Source: a virus
Lineage: Duplodnaviria; Caudoviricetes
Virus record (IMG/VR): IMGVR_UViG_3300045996_000773
Location: 1 to 54,595 of that record
Length of the DNA: 54,595 nt
Reading direction: 5' to 3' (one strand)
Positions within the stretch are counted from its first letter, which is position 1, and each line of letters opens with the position of its first letter. The notes under the pieces were generated by a model, which was not told the DNA's origin, searched no databases, and was given only the letters and a program-made list of their open reading frames with translations. Made by a program: the position numbers and the translations under genes. Positions 8,027 to 17,470 of this stretch are shown piece by piece.

Positions 8027-8848
8027 ATGTTAAAAAAAGAAACCCTACAACAAATCGCAAAACTGCTAAGGCTCAGAGAAGCTGACCTGGAAGCAGCTAT
8101 CGCGGACGAAAAAGAAGTCGATTTTCCGGTTGACACCAACCTGCATGTTTTCACTGAAACAGAAGTAACTACCCTTAAAAACAACGAGTACAAGAACGGT
8201 AAGGATAAAGGCGTTGAAATGGTAGTGAAGGAAACAAAAGAAAAGCTTGGACTCGAGTTCCAGGGGAAAACTATCGATGGGCTTATCGGTGCCGCGACTA
8301 AAAAAGCACTGGAAGACGCCAAGATCGAACCTGAGAAGCAAGTAAAAGAGCTGCAGGAGAAACTTACCACGGTCCAAAGCTCTTACAAGCAACTCGAACT
8401 GCAAGTCGCTGAAAAGGATAATGAGGTAAGTAATGTGAAGATCAAGAACGAAGTGTTTAAGTATATACCGGCCTTTGGCGAAGATGCTCCACAGTTTGAC
8501 CAGGAAGACATTTATTCAATGATGAAGCTGAAAGGTTATGAGTTTAAGAACGAAAGCGGTAAAACCGTAGCTTACAAAGACGGCAAGCAGGTTTTAGATA
8601 AAGTGTCGGAGCCTGTTGCTGTTAAAGATGTAGTAAACAGTTTTCTTATGGAAAAGAAATTGATAACCGAAGACAGACAACCGGCAGGGCGCGGCGGCGG
8701 TAACGGTAAGCCAACAACGAAATTTACGGCCTTGTCTGAGTTGAAAAAGAACTTTACTGATCAGGGCAAGAGCCTGAACGGTCAGGAGTTTATGCAGGCT
8801 GTAGAAAAAGCAACTAAGGATAATCCAGAGTTTGCTTTAGACAAGTAA
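8027..8848 (+). CDS. Capsid scaffolding protein
   Basis: Charged coiled-coil protein directly upstream of the capsid gene; GRGGG linker near the C-terminus. Confidence 0.75.
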   Translation: MLKKETLQQIAKLLRLREADLEAAIADEKEVDFPVDTNLHVFTETEVTTLKNNEYKNGKDKGVEMVVKETKEKLGLEFQGKTIDGLIGAATKKALEDAKIEPEKQVKELQEKLTTVQSSYKQLELQVAEKDNEVSNVKIKNEVFKYIPAFGEDAPQFDQEDIYSMMKLKGYEFKNESGKTVAYKDGKQVLDKVSEPVAVKDVVNSFLMEKKLITEDRQPAGRGGGNGKPTTKFTALSELKKNFTDQGKSLNGQEFMQAVEKATKDNPEFALDK

Positions 8849-8880
8849 TTTTTTGCTTGACGACTCATGTTCCATTTTTG

Positions 8881-8911
8881 CCCCGGCTGTTTCCACAGCA
8901 GGGGTTTTTTA
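8881..8911 (+). terminator. Intrinsic terminator
   Basis: CCCCGGCTGT-TTCC-ACAGCAGGGG followed by T7. Confidence 0.8.
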
Positions 8912-8970
8912 CTGCATTAACAAATAATTATTCTAGTTACAGGGGAATTATATTAATTTTACGGTTAATT

Positions 8971-9070
8971 GCGAGGCCAGGTACGGCTTTGCGGGTCTAT
9001 TCTCAATTCGGGCAAGGTAATGTCCCGGTGGTATTATCCTCTAGGTACAGAGGTCTTAACTCCTAAGACC
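8971..9070 (+). ncRNA. Candidate structured 5' leader of the capsid gene, three AGGUA(C/A)-loop hairpins
   Basis: GCGAGGCC-AGGTAC-GGCTTTGC; GGGCA-AGGTAA-TGTCC; CCTCT-AGGTAC-AGAGG; plus GGTCTTA-ACTCC-TAAGACC. Confidence 0.55.
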
Positions 9071-9079
9071 AATTTTATA

Positions 9080-10102
9080 ATGGCAAATTTTGATGTAGGT
9101 AATCTGTTAACAGCCCAAACAATATTGGCTGACAGATACAAAAGACCAGAAATGAGGATGAAACCCGCCCCGGCATTCACCCTCCTGACTGGCAATGACA
9201 ACTTCCTTATTGTCGGCGCTGAAACCCTTAAAACCAGGGACGACCGCACAATTGAGGCACACTTGCTTAACAGAACAAAAAGAAGTTCTGGATCTGCAAG
9301 GGCACACGATCACACAGGTACAATTGATGATTCAAGTAAGGTAACACTGACCTGGACAACCAAGTCGGACAAAACCGCTATCAGCCTGAAATTACTCGAC
9401 AAGAACATGCATGATTTCAATACTGTGCTTGCTAACAAGCTGGAACAGGCCTGCATGAACATTCTTGAAGATAAAGAGACTGAAGCAATCGCTTACCTGG
9501 TAGCGCAGAAGTCAACCCAAAGCCCGACGCTGAAGGGTGCGACTTTTAACACGGTACCGGATGCGGTTGAAGTGGCGCTGGCCGATAAATCGCAGTTTTT
9601 CCAGATCCTGAAGTCTGTAATGCGGCAGAATTATTTCGGCGGGCAGCTTGATATTATCGCTGATCCGATAAAAATGATCTCGGCTGAGTTCCTGAACGCA
9701 CAAGGCAGCGGCAACTCAACAAACTACGGCTTCCAGTTCAATAACATGAACATTGCTGAGTCTGTCGAGTACACTGACGCTGATTACACTTCTGGAAGTG
9801 TAATCGCAATGCCAGCAGGTACTGTAGCGGCCCTTAACTGGATCCCGAAACAGAACAGGCAGGGTTGGGGGGATTACAATTCTTACGTTGGTGGTTACGG
9901 CACGTTCCAGTTCATGGGATTCACGTTCGCGTTGCATGGCTATGCTTCAAGAACGAATACCAGTGCGACAAACGGTGACGTACAGGACGTAACAATGGAG
10001 TTCGAATTGTCGCTTGATTCAAGCTTCAATAAAGCGCCATTGGTTTACACAACCAGCAGAACTGATTCTGTAATTATCCAGTTCGGTCAATTGGCAGCAT
10101 AA
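9080..10102 (+). CDS. Major capsid protein
   Basis: 340 aa from ATG 9080 (the track's 8969 start runs through the leader); position after scaffold and size fit an HK97-fold capsid protein. Confidence 0.8.
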   Translation: MANFDVGNLLTAQTILADRYKRPEMRMKPAPAFTLLTGNDNFLIVGAETLKTRDDRTIEAHLLNRTKRSSGSARAHDHTGTIDDSSKVTLTWTTKSDKTAISLKLLDKNMHDFNTVLANKLEQACMNILEDKETEAIAYLVAQKSTQSPTLKGATFNTVPDAVEVALADKSQFFQILKSVMRQNYFGGQLDIIADPIKMISAEFLNAQGSGNSTNYGFQFNNMNIAESVEYTDADYTSGSVIAMPAGTVAALNWIPKQNRQGWGDYNSYVGGYGTFQFMGFTFALHGYASRTNTSATNGDVQDVTMEFELSLDSSFNKAPLVYTTSRTDSVIIQFGQLAA

Positions 10103-10120
10103 TAAAAGTTCTTTGAAACA

Positions 10121-11185
10121 ATGGCTTATTCCAATGGATATGATATAACAGCGGTGTACGCCGCACTTAAAGACCGGGTTGGTTTTCGCCAACCGGAAGG
10201 TTCAGGTGTGCCTACGCTGACCTCAGCAGTGACCACAACAAACAGTGGGAGATACTTTCAGGACTTCCATTCCCTGGTTACTGTTAAGAACATCAAATCC
10301 ACAATGGAATTAATAAATGCAAGCGACGGGCAACTAATTACGCATTTAGAGAACATACGTAAAGCTGCAATCATGCGGGCTTTGAAAGGCGTGTTTTCTG
10401 ATTCGGAAGTAGTTGAACAGGTAAAACTGTTTAGCAGGTATGGCAAAAACGATCAGCTGATTGAAAACACCGGAAAATTTATAGGCTATGAAATTAACGT
10501 AGCAGATAGACCGGATGCAGCTGTTCAGATAGATGCCTTACACCTGTACTTCGATAGTGCAGTCACGTTTAACATATACCTTTTCAAAGATGGCGATTTA
10601 ACACCTGTGATGACGCAGCCAGTAACAACGGTTGCGAATAAAATAACAGAAGTGATCCCCACAGCTGAACGAATAATAGGCCGGGGTAAATATTACCTCG
10701 GCTATTTTCAAGCTGATCTCACTGGCGGCGCGAAAGCATACCGTGAGCAGGTTGAATGCTGGAATGATACACTAATGTTTGCAGCAAGCCCGATCCAGGC
10801 TGAAGCAATAGATGCGACAACTTTTGAACGCGACGAGATCAGCTACATACAGCCGCAAGGCCTTAATGCAGAAATGAGTTCGTTTATCGATCAAACCCGC
10901 CACATAAAGTTAAAAGCTGCGGCCTTTGATGAGTTAATAGGATTAGTACTTGCCAATTCCGTACTTGAACAAATCATTTACGCGGTAAGAATTAACCCTG
11001 AAGAAACGGTCCTAAAGGATCAACTCAATCAGGTCGGTATACAGCTTGAAACGATGGGCGCGGCGCCGATCTCGGACAGCCCCAGGATCACAGGTTTAAA
11101 ACAGCGGATAGATAGAGAAGCGAAAGCAGTTAGAGAATCTTTTTATCCAAAACCCAAATCAGTTGTAATCGATGTTGGCGACTAA
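10121..11185 (+). CDS. Virion structural protein (head-tail adaptor candidate)
   Basis: 354 aa, immediately after the capsid gene; call from synteny only. Confidence 0.5.
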   Translation: MAYSNGYDITAVYAALKDRVGFRQPEGSGVPTLTSAVTTTNSGRYFQDFHSLVTVKNIKSTMELINASDGQLITHLENIRKAAIMRALKGVFSDSEVVEQVKLFSRYGKNDQLIENTGKFIGYEINVADRPDAAVQIDALHLYFDSAVTFNIYLFKDGDLTPVMTQPVTTVANKITEVIPTAERIIGRGKYYLGYFQADLTGGAKAYREQVECWNDTLMFAASPIQAEAIDATTFERDEISYIQPQGLNAEMSSFIDQTRHIKLKAAAFDELIGLVLANSVLEQIIYAVRINPEETVLKDQLNQVGIQLETMGAAPISDSPRITGLKQRIDREAKAVRESFYPKPKSVVIDVGD

Positions 11186-11738
11186 AACAAACCCGGTTGG
11201 TATTGACTATAATCTGCAGGCCCTTCAAACGGATCTGCATGACGCCTTAGTTGCTAAGTGGGGGATTAGTTCTGACGATTATAAATCTTACGGGCGCTGT
11301 TACAGAAAACCGACAGACCAGGGATATATCGCGGTCAACTATGAATCAGGTAACGAGTACAAGGAGGTTTATTGCGATGACACCTTAAAAGCGTTAAGCT
11401 TTTTCGGTCAGTCGGCAAGAGTTGGGTTCAATCAATTAGAGTCTACTGAAGTTCATTTAGTATTCTTCGTGAACCTGGCAGCTTTGAAACCTCTGGTTGC
11501 TCACAGGGCTGATGAAGAGGTAAGAAAAGATGTGATCTCGCTAATCGGATCTGCTTCGTATGGGTTTGCTTATATGGGTTTTGATCTATACCTCGAAAAC
11601 GTATTGAGAGAATACCCAGGGAGCAGAAGGGATAGCCGGTTAAGCATCGTCGACATGCACCCATATCATTGTTTCAGGATCAACTTGAAAGTTCAATACG
11701 ATATTAATTCAAACAATTGTACACCTTTTAAAAATTAG
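11172..11738 (+). CDS. Neck / tail-terminator candidate
   Basis: 188 aa, just before the tail tube gene; call from synteny. Confidence 0.5.
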   Translation: MLATKTNPVGIDYNLQALQTDLHDALVAKWGISSDDYKSYGRCYRKPTDQGYIAVNYESGNEYKEVYCDDTLKALSFFGQSARVGFNQLESTEVHLVFFVNLAALKPLVAHRADEEVRKDVISLIGSASYGFAYMGFDLYLENVLREYPGSRRDSRLSIVDMHPYHCFRINLKVQYDINSNNCTPFKN

Positions 11739-11741
11739 TAA

Positions 11742-12695
11742 ATGGCCTCAATATTAAATGTACCCGATTGCGCAAGTGTGGATACCGTGTTTAACACTGG
11801 TAAACCGCTTTGCGACTTCATTAAAGGTATCCCGAAGAAAGGGGTAATCCTTTTGGATAAGGGGACAACTTTTTCAACTTCCGACCTTGCTTCGGTTGCT
11901 TCATTCATCGCAGCTGTTAAGGCTAAGACGTATGCAGCCCGCGGAGGTCGTGTGTATCCTATTTGGGATATCGACAACTTCGAAGAGGAAGTTCCTGATC
12001 CAACAACTGGCGCAGTAGGTAATATGACCACTGAGCAGATTTTCGTAAGCGATCCACTCCCTGCGTTCCGCGTAGGTTACGGTGGCGGCGAATTGCAACA
12101 CGCAAGAGTCGGCGCAATGAGTGGCGGATCGTATGATTTTATGATCGTTGATGACAACTATACTGTCTACGGCACCAAGACAGGTGACGGCGGCATGAAA
12201 GGTTGGTCAACGTCTCAGATCTTCGTATATCCGTCGAAGTTCCGCGTAGCTGATGCAGTAAACCAGTATTCGTTCCGTATCCAACTTGGATCAATTGCTG
12301 AGTACCGCGAAAACATTTCAGCAGTAAAAACAAACTCTACAATTCTTACAGCCTTCGGCTTGATCAACGTTCCGTTGAGCGAGTTAAGCAAAGCTGCAAA
12401 CGTTGTAAAAGTTTTGGCGATTGCTGATGGCGGTACGAACCTGCAGCCGATTTACGGCACAGCGATTTCAGGTCTTACCTGGACTGCGAAAAAAGCAGAC
12501 GGTACTGCGTTTACAGTTACTTCTGTAGCTAACAACGCACCTGACGACGCCTATGACGTGACGTTAGACACTACCGAGTGGACAGCGTTGGGGAGTGGCG
12601 AGACTGTGACAATTTACGGACCTACAGCAGCAGCTTTGGCTGGTGCAGCAGTGGCACCGTATGAAATGATCCCGGTTATCATCACTAAACCATAA
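11742..12695 (+). CDS. Major tail (tube) protein, probable C-terminal Ig-like domain
   Basis: 317 aa, Ala/Thr/Gly-rich and beta-rich; position upstream of the tape measure. Confidence 0.65.
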   Translation: MASILNVPDCASVDTVFNTGKPLCDFIKGIPKKGVILLDKGTTFSTSDLASVASFIAAVKAKTYAARGGRVYPIWDIDNFEEEVPDPTTGAVGNMTTEQIFVSDPLPAFRVGYGGGELQHARVGAMSGGSYDFMIVDDNYTVYGTKTGDGGMKGWSTSQIFVYPSKFRVADAVNQYSFRIQLGSIAEYRENISAVKTNSTILTAFGLINVPLSELSKAANVVKVLAIADGGTNLQPIYGTAISGLTWTAKKADGTAFTVTSVANNAPDDAYDVTLDTTEWTALGSGETVTIYGPTAAALAGAAVAPYEMIPVIITKP

Positions 12696-12699
12696 TACT

Positions 12700-12891
12700 A
12701 TGGGTATTCAGATTGACGGAGTGCATATCCTGATTTCAGACAAGTATAAGGAAATGAGCAGAAGGGACGCGGTGGCACACATGCTGAAGGAAGGGTTTGT
12801 ACCCGGAGAAACCGAACGAGAAAAGCGAATATGGGCAGCGAATGCGTATGACTTGATCAATCCTAAGAAACCAGGCCCTGAAGAAGAGTAA
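12700..12891 (+). CDS. Hypothetical protein
   Basis: 63 aa, tiles the operon. Confidence 0.6.
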   Translation: MGIQIDGVHILISDKYKEMSRRDAVAHMLKEGFVPGETEREKRIWAANAYDLINPKKPGPEEE

Positions 12892-12905
12892 GGGCCTTCT
12901 TTTTT
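12873..12905 (+). terminator. Putative intrinsic terminator
   Basis: AGGCCCT...AGGGCCT stem followed by TCTTTTTT. Confidence 0.55.
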
Positions 12906-12909
12906 GATA

Positions 12910-13356
12910 ATGACAATAGATGCTATCATAGCAAATACTGAGGCGTTAAGTATCAACCAGGTGATCGAGGAATCGGTGAGCGAAACGACAGAAGAATTAA
13001 AGAACTACCAGCAGCAGCAGATGTACTCAGGTATGCGGGCAGACGGTGAACCGATTAATCCTTTACATGGTAAGTATGCAGGCTACGCGCTTCGTACAGT
13101 TCAGATAAAGCAGAGTAAGGGTCAGGTGACTAATAGGGTAACGCTAAGAGACGAACGAAATTTTTATTTGGGAATAGTTGTTACGCCTAAGAATAATGCT
13201 GCAGAGTTTACGAGCGCAGACGGTAAAACAGATTTGCTAATTGATTACTACGGCCCACAAATATTTGGTTTGAATAAAGATTTCGCTGGTTTGTATTCCA
13301 ATAATGATCTGAAGCCCCTCGCTATTCGTAAGATACAGGAACAAATTCTAAGGTAA
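12910..13356 (+). CDS. Tail completion / neck protein candidate
   Basis: VTLRDERNFY resembles the L-x-D-T-G-x-F motif of neck proteins; ATG at 12910 preferred. Confidence 0.55.
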   Translation: MTIDAIIANTEALSINQVIEESVSETTEELKNYQQQQMYSGMRADGEPINPLHGKYAGYALRTVQIKQSKGQVTNRVTLRDERNFYLGIVVTPKNNAAEFTSADGKTDLLIDYYGPQIFGLNKDFAGLYSNNDLKPLAIRKIQEQILR

Positions 13357-13598
13357 TGTCTTGCATCGGATGCACACAACAAATAATAGACGCGAATGCC
13401 AAAGAACAGGAAATACTTAAATTGGCTGCGGAAAAAGCAGAAGCAACAGGGGAGTCGCAAGCCCTCTACAGGGACGAGGAAAAACGACTCTGTTTCTTAC
13501 CAGCACCAGCAGCATTCGGATACCCCGTCTTCTTTTACGTTACACCGGAGTATAAAAACACTATGCTACGAGAGTTTTATCCTAATCATAACAGGTGA
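13356..13598 (+). CDS. Small protein with N-terminal CxxC (tail assembly chaperone position)
   Basis: TAATG coupling to the previous gene; overlaps the next ORF by 203 bp. Confidence 0.6.
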   Translation: MSCIGCTQQIIDANAKEQEILKLAAEKAEATGESQALYRDEEKRLCFLPAPAAFGYPVFFYVTPEYKNTMLREFYPNHNR

Positions 13599-14142
13599 AG
13601 ATCTTGGACCGCTGATTATTTCAGGTCAGCCGCCGGTCGATGAACTTGTATCCGCCTGGAATACTATCGCCGATGAATACGCAGAGGCCATCAAAACAGG
13701 AAAATCGAAAAGTGTTTTTGAGGCGTATAAGAAAGTCGTCAGACTTGAAGCGCAGATCAAGATGATCGATGCGTGTCTCTACTACCTGACGCAATATTAC
13801 GACGAAGAAATAGCAACGATCCTGTCGGAGAATGGATACCATTTCATTGCGCCAAACGATGACACGGAAGTTTATTTAAGGGAGATCAATATTGTAAGGA
13901 CACAAGCGAAGACGTTGATTGTAATTCTCAACCAGGCGGTGGCGCACTACAGGCTCTTATCTCCTGATAACGAACTGAAGTTCGAGAGAAGCTATCAGGA
14001 TTTTTTGAACGAGTTGGCCGTGTTAAGCGAACACCAGGGGTATGCTTTAAGGCCGAAAGAAATTACAGTGGCGGAGTATTGTGCCGTCGTGAATAGCTTC
14101 ATAAGAAAAGTAGAAGCATATAAAAAGAAGCACAATGGGTGA
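13396..14142 (+). CDS. Tail assembly chaperone-like protein (start uncertain)
   Basis: Helical ORF immediately before the tape measure gene. Confidence 0.6.
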   Translation: MPKNRKYLNWLRKKQKQQGSRKPSTGTRKNDSVSYQHQQHSDTPSSFTLHRSIKTLCYESFILIITGEDLGPLIISGQPPVDELVSAWNTIADEYAEAIKTGKSKSVFEAYKKVVRLEAQIKMIDACLYYLTQYYDEEIATILSENGYHFIAPNDDTEVYLREINIVRTQAKTLIVILNQAVAHYRLLSPDNELKFERSYQDFLNELAVLSEHQGYALRPKEITVAEYCAVVNSFIRKVEAYKKKHNG

Positions 14143-17100
14143 AACACTTTTTAACCAGTTTGCCGATGAAGGTGCGCTTGCAGCGCAGCGGGATTTCTTT
14201 TTGAATGAAATATTAAAACCAATCAAAGAAGCGATAAAAAGTACTAATGTAAATCTAGGTACTATTGACTCATCGCAATCGAAAAAAAGTGTTGATGAAC
14301 TATCTAAAACAATAGATTTACTTGAAGGTAAACTTGGGATCGCGCAGAAAGAAATAGTTGCGCTTACCGCAAGGCTAAACGAGTATGCCGCCGCAAGCAC
14401 TAATGCAGCGAAAGGCCAAAAGGACATATTAAATACAACGGCGGACCTTACAACATCTTTGAAGGAAGGTGCAAAAGCCGCTTACGATAATGCGAAAGCA
14501 AAAAAGGATGCAGCGCAAGCTGAGGTCCTGGCTGCACAAGCAGCTTATAATTCTTTGAAAGCAAAAGACGGTGTAGCAGCCGCTGAACTTAAAAGCGCAA
14601 AGGCAACGCTGGATGCAGCGAAAGCAAAACGCGATGCCGTCAATTCTGATCTTGCGGCGGCAAGAGCAGCGTTATCTACCGCAGCTGCGAAAAAGACTGT
14701 TGTAAAAGAAACCCAAGCAGAACAGAAAGCGGCAGAGGATGCAGCCAATGACTATTTGAATTTAGCGAAGGCCTATAACGATGCCGCCTTACGCGCAAAG
14801 AATTTTGCATTAAGGCTTGGCGAAAATCATCCTATCACTGTACAGGCTATTAAGGATGCTAACGACATGGGCAACACGCTCAAAAGGCTTGATGCCGCTG
14901 TGGGCCAACACCAAAGGAACGTCGGTAACTACGCGAATGCAATGACCGGCCTGGGATTTTCATTTACGCAAGTAGCAAGGGAATTGCCATCGCTTGCAGT
15001 AAACTTTCAGCAGTTTGCTTTAGCGATATCAAACAACTTACCCTTTGTCGCAGACAGCATCGCGCAAACGAAAAAGGAGTTGGCGTTATTAAGAGCTGAA
15101 GGTAAGCAAGCGCCATCGTTATTTTCATCTATCGCCAAGTCAATACTTACCTGGCAAACAGCACTTGCGGTTGGCATAACACTCTTTACAATATTTGCAA
15201 AAGAGATAAGTAAATTCTTCACAGAGTTATTTGACGGATCCACGGCATTCAGTCGGGCGCAGAAAGAGTTGTCAAAAGCTATGGCTGAGGTAAATGTTAA
15301 CGCACAGGGCCAAGTTGCAGAACTACTTACTCTTTACAAGATCACACAGGACAGCAATCAGCAATTAGATGACCAGGTTGATGCAACAAAGAAAATCTTA
15401 GAGGTAAAAGACAAGGTAAATGAAGCAACTGGCGAGAACATTCAGTTAGTAACCGATGAGAATGGAGTATTAAAGAAAAACACCGGGGAATGGGAGAAGT
15501 TAATAAAGGTATTAGTAAGGGTTGAAAAAACAAAAGCGCTTTTATCTCTTATAGGTGAACAATTTAAAAAAGTGGTTGCAGCAGAGAGTAAGGGGTTAGA
15601 AACTTTTACTACGGGAGTAGGTGATGCTTTTAGAAAATTCGGCGGCGGAAAGCTTGGAGAAGTACAGACCGAAGCCCTTCAGCAACTAAGGAGAAAGCAA
15701 GGGGTTGATGACGCTAACGCTTATTTAATAGCTTTCGAAAAACGACTCCTGGACGGTTTAATAACGGGCGAGTTCGACCTATCCGGTGTTTTCGATACTG
15801 AGGGAACCGATAAAGCGCTGAAGGAAATTAATAAGTTGTTTACTGGTGAACTTGAATTTCGCAGGGACCAGCTGTTAAAGATTGCCGATGACGAAAATAG
15901 GTTTATCGCAGAGCGTATTAAAGCAAGGGAGGAAGCGGCTAATATAGATAAGCAGATCATAAGACTTAGATCAGGTTTTGAAATATCAGAAGCCCGCAGA
16001 AATGCGGAGTTCCAAATAAAAGAACAAAAAGGCAACGCTGAAAATATTAAGATCATCCAATCCAACTTAGCGAAGGAGATCGCATTTATACAAAAAACTG
16101 CAGCCGTTGATCTGAAGCGGATCAATGCTGAACGCGATGAAGACATATTAGCCTTGCAGGATGAGTTCTATCAAGAGCTTATCAATAATGTTGCAAGAAA
16201 TGAAAAGCTATTAGCCGAAGCCAAGAAAGGCGATATAAACGTCAGATCAGAGGAAGCGAAAAAAGAGTTCGAAGAGGAAAAGTTGATTGTCCAAAAGTTT
16301 TACGATCAGGAACTAAGAATACTGTCCGCAAACTTAAAGCAAAAGAAGATCACCCTGGAAGAATATAACCTGGGGGTTAAGGCTAATGACCGGGCGTTAA
16401 AAAGAGCTTTAATTGATGCGGAGATAGACTATGTAAAAAAACTAATCGAGATTGAAAGATTGAAGCCTGACGGCGGTAACGCCATAGCGCTTGAAGCCAG
16501 ATTGTTTAATCTCAGAAAGAGTTTGAGGGATCAGGACATAAACGACTACGGTGAGTACGCAAACAAAGTTGCCGAGATCAACAAGAAGATCAATGAAGAC
16601 ATTAAAAAATCATTAGAGAAACTTGCCGATCAGGTTAAGGAAACTTTGTTTGCTGCGCTTGCGGGTACTTATGACGCGCAGATAAATAAAATACGCGATC
16701 AGATCGATGCTGTAAACGAGTTGAAAGCAGCGGAGATTGAACGCGTCAACTCTAGTACAGATACAGTAGAACAAAAAGCGGCGAGAATACAGATCATAGA
16801 AGCCAGGGCGCAAAGCCAGCGTGAAGCACTGGAAAGACGGCAAAGACAGATCGAAAAAAACAGGGCTATTGTTGAAAGGGCGTCTTCTGCATTCTCAATC
16901 ACCATTGGCGGCATAAGGGACGTTGCGCGAATAAAGGCAGCAGCAGCTCTTGCGTATGCAAATGCAATGGCTACCATTCCTCCACCGTTTAACGTGCCTG
17001 CGGCCATTGCTCTTAGATTAAACGTTTTAAAAGAGATACCTATTTCCATTGCGACTACTGCCGCAAGTTTAGCCGCCATCCTCGCCACTCCGATCCCGAG

Positions 17101-17470
17101 GTTCTATAAAGGTACAGAGTCATCACCTGAAGGTATAGCCGAAGTAGCCGAGCGCGGGCCAGAGTTAGCGGTAGATAAGAAAGGTAACGTAAAGGTTTAC
17201 GAAAAGCACACGCTTACCTATCTGACTAAAGGAACAAAGATATATCCGGCTGACGCTACAAAAGATATTTTGAATGCAGCAGAACAGGAAAGAAAAGGCT
17301 TGTTAAAATCGTTTAATAACAATGTAACGATAAGTGTTCCGGATAATAGTGCAGAACTAAAGAAGCAAACAAAGATTCTGGAAAGACTTGAAAACAAATC
17401 CAGGATAGCAATTATAAATAACGCTCCTATTGAAACAGAAGCGTGGTATCAACAACAGTTTAAGCATTGA
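14135..17470 (+). CDS. Tape measure protein
   Basis: 1111 aa, Ala/Lys/Glu-rich helical; QRNVGNY motif, hydrophobic segments, C-terminal VAERGPEL motif. Confidence 0.9.
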   Translation: MGETLFNQFADEGALAAQRDFFLNEILKPIKEAIKSTNVNLGTIDSSQSKKSVDELSKTIDLLEGKLGIAQKEIVALTARLNEYAAASTNAAKGQKDILNTTADLTTSLKEGAKAAYDNAKAKKDAAQAEVLAAQAAYNSLKAKDGVAAAELKSAKATLDAAKAKRDAVNSDLAAARAALSTAAAKKTVVKETQAEQKAAEDAANDYLNLAKAYNDAALRAKNFALRLGENHPITVQAIKDANDMGNTLKRLDAAVGQHQRNVGNYANAMTGLGFSFTQVARELPSLAVNFQQFALAISNNLPFVADSIAQTKKELALLRAEGKQAPSLFSSIAKSILTWQTALAVGITLFTIFAKEISKFFTELFDGSTAFSRAQKELSKAMAEVNVNAQGQVAELLTLYKITQDSNQQLDDQVDATKKILEVKDKVNEATGENIQLVTDENGVLKKNTGEWEKLIKVLVRVEKTKALLSLIGEQFKKVVAAESKGLETFTTGVGDAFRKFGGGKLGEVQTEALQQLRRKQGVDDANAYLIAFEKRLLDGLITGEFDLSGVFDTEGTDKALKEINKLFTGELEFRRDQLLKIADDENRFIAERIKAREEAANIDKQIIRLRSGFEISEARRNAEFQIKEQKGNAENIKIIQSNLAKEIAFIQKTAAVDLKRINAERDEDILALQDEFYQELINNVARNEKLLAEAKKGDINVRSEEAKKEFEEEKLIVQKFYDQELRILSANLKQKKITLEEYNLGVKANDRALKRALIDAEIDYVKKLIEIERLKPDGGNAIALEARLFNLRKSLRDQDINDYGEYANKVAEINKKINEDIKKSLEKLADQVKETLFAALAGTYDAQINKIRDQIDAVNELKAAEIERVNSSTDTVEQKAARIQIIEARAQSQREALERRQRQIEKNRAIVERASSAFSITIGGIRDVARIKAAAALAYANAMATIPPPFNVPAAIALRLNVLKEIPISIATTAASLAAILATPIPRFYKGTESSPEGIAEVAERGPELAVDKKGNVKVYEKHTLTYLTKGTKIYPADATKDILNAAEQERKGLLKSFNNNVTISVPDNSAELKKQTKILERLENKSRIAIINNAPIETEAWYQQQFKH

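Noticed and set aside
8857-9079. ORF 8857-9066 and the N-terminal extension of the capsid ORF from 8969
   Set aside because: They run through a terminator and structured leader from TTG starts; ATG 9080 has the typical AT-rich context.
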